This document shows, piece after piece, positions 8,231-12,630 of a stretch of 12,630 nucleotides of DNA. This DNA comes from Candidatus Aenigmatarchaeota archaeon (GTDB lineage Archaea > Aenigmatarchaeota > Aenigmatarchaeia > CG10238-14 > WAMV01): NCBI GenBank assembly GCA_015522145.1, contig WAMV01000018.1, forward strand, positions 1-12,630, written 5' to 3'. The notes under the pieces are model-generated. The model searched no databases, was not told the DNA's origin, and saw only the letters and a program-made list of their open reading frames with translations. The stretch's first letter is position 1. Each line of letters starts with the position of its first letter. A program made the position numbers and the translations under genes.

Positions 8231-8691
8231 AACTTAATCTTCTTAGTGATCAAATAATAAATTGATGACACTATCACCAAGCTTGCTAGTATGTCAGAAG
8301 GGTAATGGACTGCCAGAAATATTAATGTAAGCGGTAAAGCTATCAAGAAAATGTAAAATAGCAGGCTTTTTCTATCTAAAAATAAGGCAACAGAAAAGTA
8401 TATGACTGAATGCAAGCTTGGGAAGCTTGGATCATTTTCTTTCTCAACCAAAGGTATTAAATTAAGTTCTACGTATGGTCTAGCCCTATTAACAGAAAAT
8501 TTCAAGCCTACTCCAATAAGAGCTGAAATCATTAAAACTAAAAGAAATTTCTTGAGTTTTTCATCCCGAAAAAAGTAGAGACATATGATTGGTATGAAAT
8601 AGCTTGAATAATAGATTAGCGCGAAGAAATCTGCTAATAGCTTGTTTTGGATTAGTAAATTGTAGAGTGCTTCCACCACTAATTGCTCCAT
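8227..8691 (-). CDS. PAP2-family membrane phosphatase (putative polyprenyl/dolichyl-pyrophosphate phosphatase), variant motifs
   Basis: Motif 1 KFSVNRARP (Kx6RP), motif 2 SFPSLHS, motif 3 LIFLAVHYPSD, plus hydrophobic helices. Coupled to the flippase by an ATGA overlap. Confidence 0.8.
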   Translation of the reverse strand: MEQLVVEALYNLLIQNKLLADFFALIYYSSYFIPIICLYFFRDEKLKKFLLVLMISALIGVGLKFSVNRARPYVELNLIPLVEKENDPSFPSLHSVIYFSVALFLDRKSLLFYIFLIALPLTLIFLAVHYPSDILASLVIVSSIYYLITKKIKL

Positions 8692-11351
8692 AATATTTCT
8701 TTTACTTTTTCTTTACCTTTATAGAAGTATATTGGACCGTTGCATTTAATACATCTCCCGCTTAGCGTAATTGTTTCATAAGTTTCGTTACAATATGAAC
8801 AGACGAAACCGTCAAAACCAATAACTTTCTTAGCTTTACCATTATTTACTATAGAGCTCAAACTTAACTGTTTGCCCAAATTTAATATGTCTTGCCTTTT
8901 GTAGCCTAATGCCTCAAAAACTCTTTCTAATGGTGGTAATATTTGAGATTCTAAATAGTACTGGGAATCTATTTTGAGATTGTTTTGTTTAACGTATTCT
9001 GGATCCTCTGCCCTCTTAGAGACCATTTGGGGGCCTTGTATAATTACGTAGCCGACTCTATCTCCTATACCAGGTATGTTTGCCACTCCCCTTTTCTTTA
9101 GCTTTTTTACAAGCTCTATATGTGGTTGCACACCTTTGTACAAGTGCAGTGGTCTTGATATGCTTTTGTAAATAACAAGCTTGTCTATAGGTATCTCATT
9201 ATTTTGTAGTTTTTGAATTACATCTCTTATGTATAACAAAGCCTTTTCTGGTTTTTCCTCTTTAAGAATAATTTCCAATATTTTCTCGAGCGTTTCTTCC
9301 GTTAACGTGCACCAATCCCTACGCACAGTTTCTATTCCCTTCATTACTATTTTTTCTTTGTAGCCTGTGTCGCTTTTCTCTAGCGATAAGCCAGCATATC
9401 TCTTTTTAGAAAGTATAAGCAAAGTTTTGAAAACACTTTCTATCTTCATCTTAACTACACCTAGCTCGCTGTTTATTAGCTCAGCTAGCTCTTCTCCTAT
9501 TTTGAAAAGTTTCTCTATATCTTCTGTGTCTGCTTTTATCATTACGCTATCTGTATCGCCATAAACAACTTTATAGTTTGTTTTGGTTTCTACAATGGTT
9601 TTGGTTTTAGAAATTAGAAATCTGCCTGATGCAGTTATAGCATTAGCTATGTCAAGCAAATAAAGCCTAGCCCTTAAATAGCCTGTATAGCCATAGAAAG
9701 CATTGGCTAGTATTTTAAGAGCAAGCTGTTCCGCATTTAAGGCCTGCTTAACTTTTTCATTCTTTTCTTTCTTTAGCTTTTTCTTAACTTTGTTTCTACT
9801 TTCAATTAATTGCCTAAGAATTTTTGGGAATATTCCTTCCCTAACTTTCTTAGAAACGAATTTTACTTTATTAGGTGCTTCTATTGTTTCAACGTCATAC
9901 TTTTTTGTTAAAATTGTTGTCGGGCAAATGTTATAACCTATGATTATGTTTGGGTACATTGATGCAAAGTCAAGATAAATAACGTTTTTATGAAAACCAA
10001 CTACAGGGTCAAGAACTAAAGCACCTTTAAGCCCCTTCAAGCTTCTTTCCTCAGTTCTCTTCATAACTTCTTTATCGCTTGGTTTTAAAGGTACAACAAA
10101 ACCGTGTTTATCAAATTCCCTAATTAATAAAATTTCCAACCTGCTTGCCTCACCACCATCCAAAACATCTTGCAATAAGGCACCAGATACTCTAGACAGT
10201 GCTAAATACGTATCTATAAGCTTTAGAGTATTGAATACCTTGTAAGTAATTTCTGAGTCTTTTATTGCGTAATCAACAAGCTTCCTTAATTCTTCCTTAC
10301 TTCCTTTTTCCCAAATTTCCTTTATTTGGCTGTGAGGTATGTCTATTTTACCCTCACCAATTATCTGCTCAGCAACATCTCCCAAACCAAATCGCTTAAA
10401 CCTTAACATACCTTTTTTATTATATTCCTGTAGAATTGGATACGGATCTACTACTATTCTGCCTGGCACATTAACCCTTTCTGTTTGACCAAATTTTTTA
10501 TGAACCGCGGGCTTTGTCGAGCATCTACCAAGGGTTTTTGGCAACTTGTTTTTCTCCAGCCTTTTTAACAAGAAAGGGAAGTCGAAGCGCAAAATGTTGT
10601 AACCAAGAATTATGTCAGGATCGTAGCTATCAACAATGTTTAGGAATTCTTTTAGCATTTCCTTCTCACTCTCAAAGGATAAAATGTTATCACCATTTAT
10701 CTTTTTAGTTGCTACCAAAGCCAATTTTCTTTTCTTTTTATAAGGCGGGTCAAAATATAGGCTTATGATTATGATTTCTGTGTTCTCTGGATCAGGCAGG
10801 CCTTCGCTAGCAGCCTCTATGTCGAAAGTTAGTATCCTAAACTTGCTTTCTTTAGGCTCAATTTCTTTTATCTTTTTTAGAGTTAGTTTTATCTTAGCTT
10901 TGACGTTTTGGGTATTGACTGGTATGCCCTCAACCTCATACCATCTTGACCCAAACAAACCGTAATCTATCATAAACCTGTACCTAAAAAGAATGTCTGC
11001 CTCGTAAGCTTCTTTAACCAAACCAGAAGATAGTAGCTTTTCTTTAACCTTAGGTACTTTGGATGGATCGCTTAAGGTTATTTTTAGTAACTTTACTTTT
11101 TCTGGGTTATAGCCAATTGGTAGAAATTTCTTGACTTCCTCAACGTTGACTATTAAATTATTAAACTCCTTTTTCAGAAATTCAGAAATTTCTTTATCTT
11201 TAACCTTTGGCAAAACGTAGAAATAAGGTAAGAATCCTTCATGAAAACATACAACACTTTTACCATCTTCCGTCTTGCCAAAAATCCTTATGACTGGGTG
11301 GCCATTAGGCAAGATATAATCACAATCAAGCAACTGAAAGGCCACCCTCAT
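8679..11351 (-). CDS. polB: Family B DNA polymerase with 3'-5' exonuclease and an extra C-terminal Cys4 zinc finger
   Basis: ExoI TFDIE, ExoII GYNILRFDFPFL, ExoIII YAIKDS. Polymerase motifs DFASMYP, QLALKILANAFYG, YGDTDS, KKRYAG and KGIETVRRDWC are all intact, with no intein. C-terminal CSYC-x12-CIKC. Confidence 0.97.
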   Translation of the reverse strand: MRVAFQLLDCDYILPNGHPVIRIFGKTEDGKSVVCFHEGFLPYFYVLPKVKDKEISEFLKKEFNNLIVNVEEVKKFLPIGYNPEKVKLLKITLSDPSKVPKVKEKLLSSGLVKEAYEADILFRYRFMIDYGLFGSRWYEVEGIPVNTQNVKAKIKLTLKKIKEIEPKESKFRILTFDIEAASEGLPDPENTEIIIISLYFDPPYKKKRKLALVATKKINGDNILSFESEKEMLKEFLNIVDSYDPDIILGYNILRFDFPFLLKRLEKNKLPKTLGRCSTKPAVHKKFGQTERVNVPGRIVVDPYPILQEYNKKGMLRFKRFGLGDVAEQIIGEGKIDIPHSQIKEIWEKGSKEELRKLVDYAIKDSEITYKVFNTLKLIDTYLALSRVSGALLQDVLDGGEASRLEILLIREFDKHGFVVPLKPSDKEVMKRTEERSLKGLKGALVLDPVVGFHKNVIYLDFASMYPNIIIGYNICPTTILTKKYDVETIEAPNKVKFVSKKVREGIFPKILRQLIESRNKVKKKLKKEKNEKVKQALNAEQLALKILANAFYGYTGYLRARLYLLDIANAITASGRFLISKTKTIVETKTNYKVVYGDTDSVMIKADTEDIEKLFKIGEELAELINSELGVVKMKIESVFKTLLILSKKRYAGLSLEKSDTGYKEKIVMKGIETVRRDWCTLTEETLEKILEIILKEEKPEKALLYIRDVIQKLQNNEIPIDKLVIYKSISRPLHLYKGVQPHIELVKKLKKRGVANIPGIGDRVGYVIIQGPQMVSKRAEDPEYVKQNNLKIDSQYYLESQILPPLERVFEALGYKRQDILNLGKQLSLSSIVNNGKAKKVIGFDGFVCSYCNETYETITLSGRCIKCNGPIYFYKGKEKVKEILWSN

Positions 11352-11372
11352 GAAATTAAAATTTCTAATAGC

Positions 11373-12305
11373 TTATTTAATGATTTCATGTTTTGAGAGG
11401 TTAATTTCACAACTTTTTAAATTTATTCCATACAGATGAACGTTCTTATAGTTTTTGTAGAAATTTTCCTTTGATTTAACAATTATGACGTCTGGAATTG
11501 TGTCAAGCATTAGAGGATCTTCCTTATAATAAAAAAGCTTTGGGTTCAGATGTCTTTTCTCAAGTAGTATAGACAAGGTTTCTAATAAGCTAAGCTTCCA
11601 TTTTTTGGAAATTTGGGTTATTAATGCTTCGTCTAAAAAAAGAAATTTGTATCCAAGATAATTGAGTATGGCAAATTTCCCAACTTTGATTAAAGAATCC
11701 TTTATTTCATAGGGCTTCTCAAACTTAACATGGAAATTTCCCGCTTCTCTGTTAATACCTATGGAGAAATTTAACTCTTTAGCTTTTTTCTCAAAACCTA
11801 AAAATTTAATTTGTTTTAGTTTATTGTTGGAAATTTTGAACACAGCTACATCATTTGTTTCAAGTATATCATAATTTTTAACATTATCAACGGAAATTTC
11901 CAAACTACCTGTTAAATCCTCTATAATTAAGGAATCCACGCTCTTATCAACAACCATAGCTAGGGTTTGGAAATTTCCCATAGTTTTACCTTTATCTATT
12001 GATACTAGCTGGAAAGCAAATTTCTTACTGGCTATTTTTTGAAATTTCTTAAACCTTTCTATAAGCAAAGTTTGTATTTCTTCAACTTTTGTTAGCTTAC
12101 CATTAAGTAGTTTAACGAATTCAGGTTTAGATTTCCTGCTCAAATATTGTAAAAAATGCTTTTCTGTTATGAAAATTTCTTTAACGTTAGATGTAATAAA
12201 GTTGAAGAATTCATCTAGCTCTTCTGTAGGTAATTTTTCTAAAACATCCTTGGTTATTTGATACCCTCTTTCTAGAAATTTCCTAATAATTTTTTGCTTA
12301 TCCAT
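11373..12305 (-). CDS. Shortened, catalytically inactive homolog of PolD small subunit DP1 / polymerase B-subunit
   Basis: DP1-like N-terminus (IIRKFLERGYQIT), helix ERFKKFQKI, OB-fold strands (TLAMVVDK...IIEDLTGSLEI...NDVAVF) and C-terminal LLEKRHLNP...DPLMLDTIPDVIIV, recalling DP1 LL.kRHLAP...D.LvI...PD. The calcineurin-like metal motifs (DxH, GDxxDG, GNHD, GHxH) are absent. Confidence 0.7.
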   Translation of the reverse strand: MDKQKIIRKFLERGYQITKDVLEKLPTEELDEFFNFITSNVKEIFITEKHFLQYLSRKSKPEFVKLLNGKLTKVEEIQTLLIERFKKFQKIASKKFAFQLVSIDKGKTMGNFQTLAMVVDKSVDSLIIEDLTGSLEISVDNVKNYDILETNDVAVFKISNNKLKQIKFLGFEKKAKELNFSIGINREAGNFHVKFEKPYEIKDSLIKVGKFAILNYLGYKFLFLDEALITQISKKWKLSLLETLSILLEKRHLNPKLFYYKEDPLMLDTIPDVIIVKSKENFYKNYKNVHLYGINLKSCEINLSKHEIIK

Positions 12306-12312
12306 ACAGTTT

Positions 12313-12573
12313 TTATTTTCTCTTTAACCTATAAAGTGTTAACCCAAATTTCTTCGGGTCTTTTGAGTGTGGTAAAGCTATAGCTTCTATCTTTCCAAGC
12401 TCTATAAGCTCCTGCACGTATTTCATTACAGTATTCCAACTTAAATTTCTCCCTATCTTAGAATTAACATAAGACTTAATAGAGTTGATGTTTAAGGGAA
12501 CCTCAGTGTTTTCCAAAGCTTCTATGATAAGTGGTATTATTTTAGATCTTAACGGCTTTCTTCCTCTTTTCAT
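12313..12573 (-). CDS. Small winged helix-turn-helix protein
   Basis: 86 aa. Helix pattern IIEALE...LNINSIKSYV...LSWNTVMKYVQELIELGKIE followed by a beta-hairpin wing (TLYRL). Basic N-terminus KRGRKP. Confidence 0.75.
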   Translation of the reverse strand: MKRGRKPLRSKIIPLIIEALENTEVPLNINSIKSYVNSKIGRNLSWNTVMKYVQELIELGKIEAIALPHSKDPKKFGLTLYRLKRK

Positions 12574-12579
12574 GAATAA

Positions 12580-12599
12580 TTTTTGAAAATTTTCATAAA
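12580..12599. promoter_or_regulatory. Palindrome just upstream of the wHTH gene (candidate operator)
   Basis: Perfect 12-bp palindrome TGAAAATTTTCA (12584-12595), extendable to 20 bp with one mismatch, lying 11-22 nt upstream of the minus-strand ATG at 12573. Confidence 0.3.
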
Positions 12600-12630
12600 A
12601 AAATTGAAGTAATAAGCTGAAATTTTTTAC

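Noticed and set aside
6159..10965. Short opposite-strand ORFs inside the AlkP gene, flippase and polB (6159..6359, 7584..7814, 9367..9564, 9703..9936, 10514..10708, 10765..10965)
   Set aside because: Fully nested antisense to strong genes, with no recognisable features.
11373..12305. Pseudogene of DP1
   Set aside because: The ORF is uninterrupted and tightly packed in the operon, with structural segments retained and only catalytic motifs lost. That fits a repurposed protein rather than decay.
1..12630. tRNA/rRNA genes, CRISPR arrays, IS elements, inteins
   Set aside because: There is almost no intergenic space. I saw no repeat arrays, GC-rich structured segments, transposase motifs or intein insertions.

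Overview
AT-rich, very compact archaeal DNA. The small Lys/Glu-rich proteins, overlapping start/stop codons and archaeal-type PolB suggest a DPANN-like lineage (inference). The left part (1-6816) is a surface-glycan biosynthesis and modification cluster. It holds two related GT4 glycosyltransferases, a GT2, an FkbM-type methyltransferase, ATP sulfurylase cysD/cysN and two alkaline-phosphatase/sulfatase-superfamily genes, one of which is truncated at the window edge and missing from the ORF track. It also holds an unannotated 26-aa ORF (2091-2171) that is essentially a free-standing 'RLxxLGY' motif matching the CysD C-terminal tail. The right part (6776-12573, minus strand) is an apparent operon: winged-helix protein, a shortened and catalytically dead PolD-DP1/B-subunit-like protein, a family B DNA polymerase with an extra C-terminal Cys4 Zn finger, a PAP2 phosphatase and a Wzx-like flippase. 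The two main leads are (1) a eukaryote-like PolB + inactive B-subunit (+ wHTH) polymerase module and (2) a putative glycan sulfation system with a stand-alone LGY micro-peptide and AlkP-fold enzymes but no CysC or classical sulfotransferase in view.
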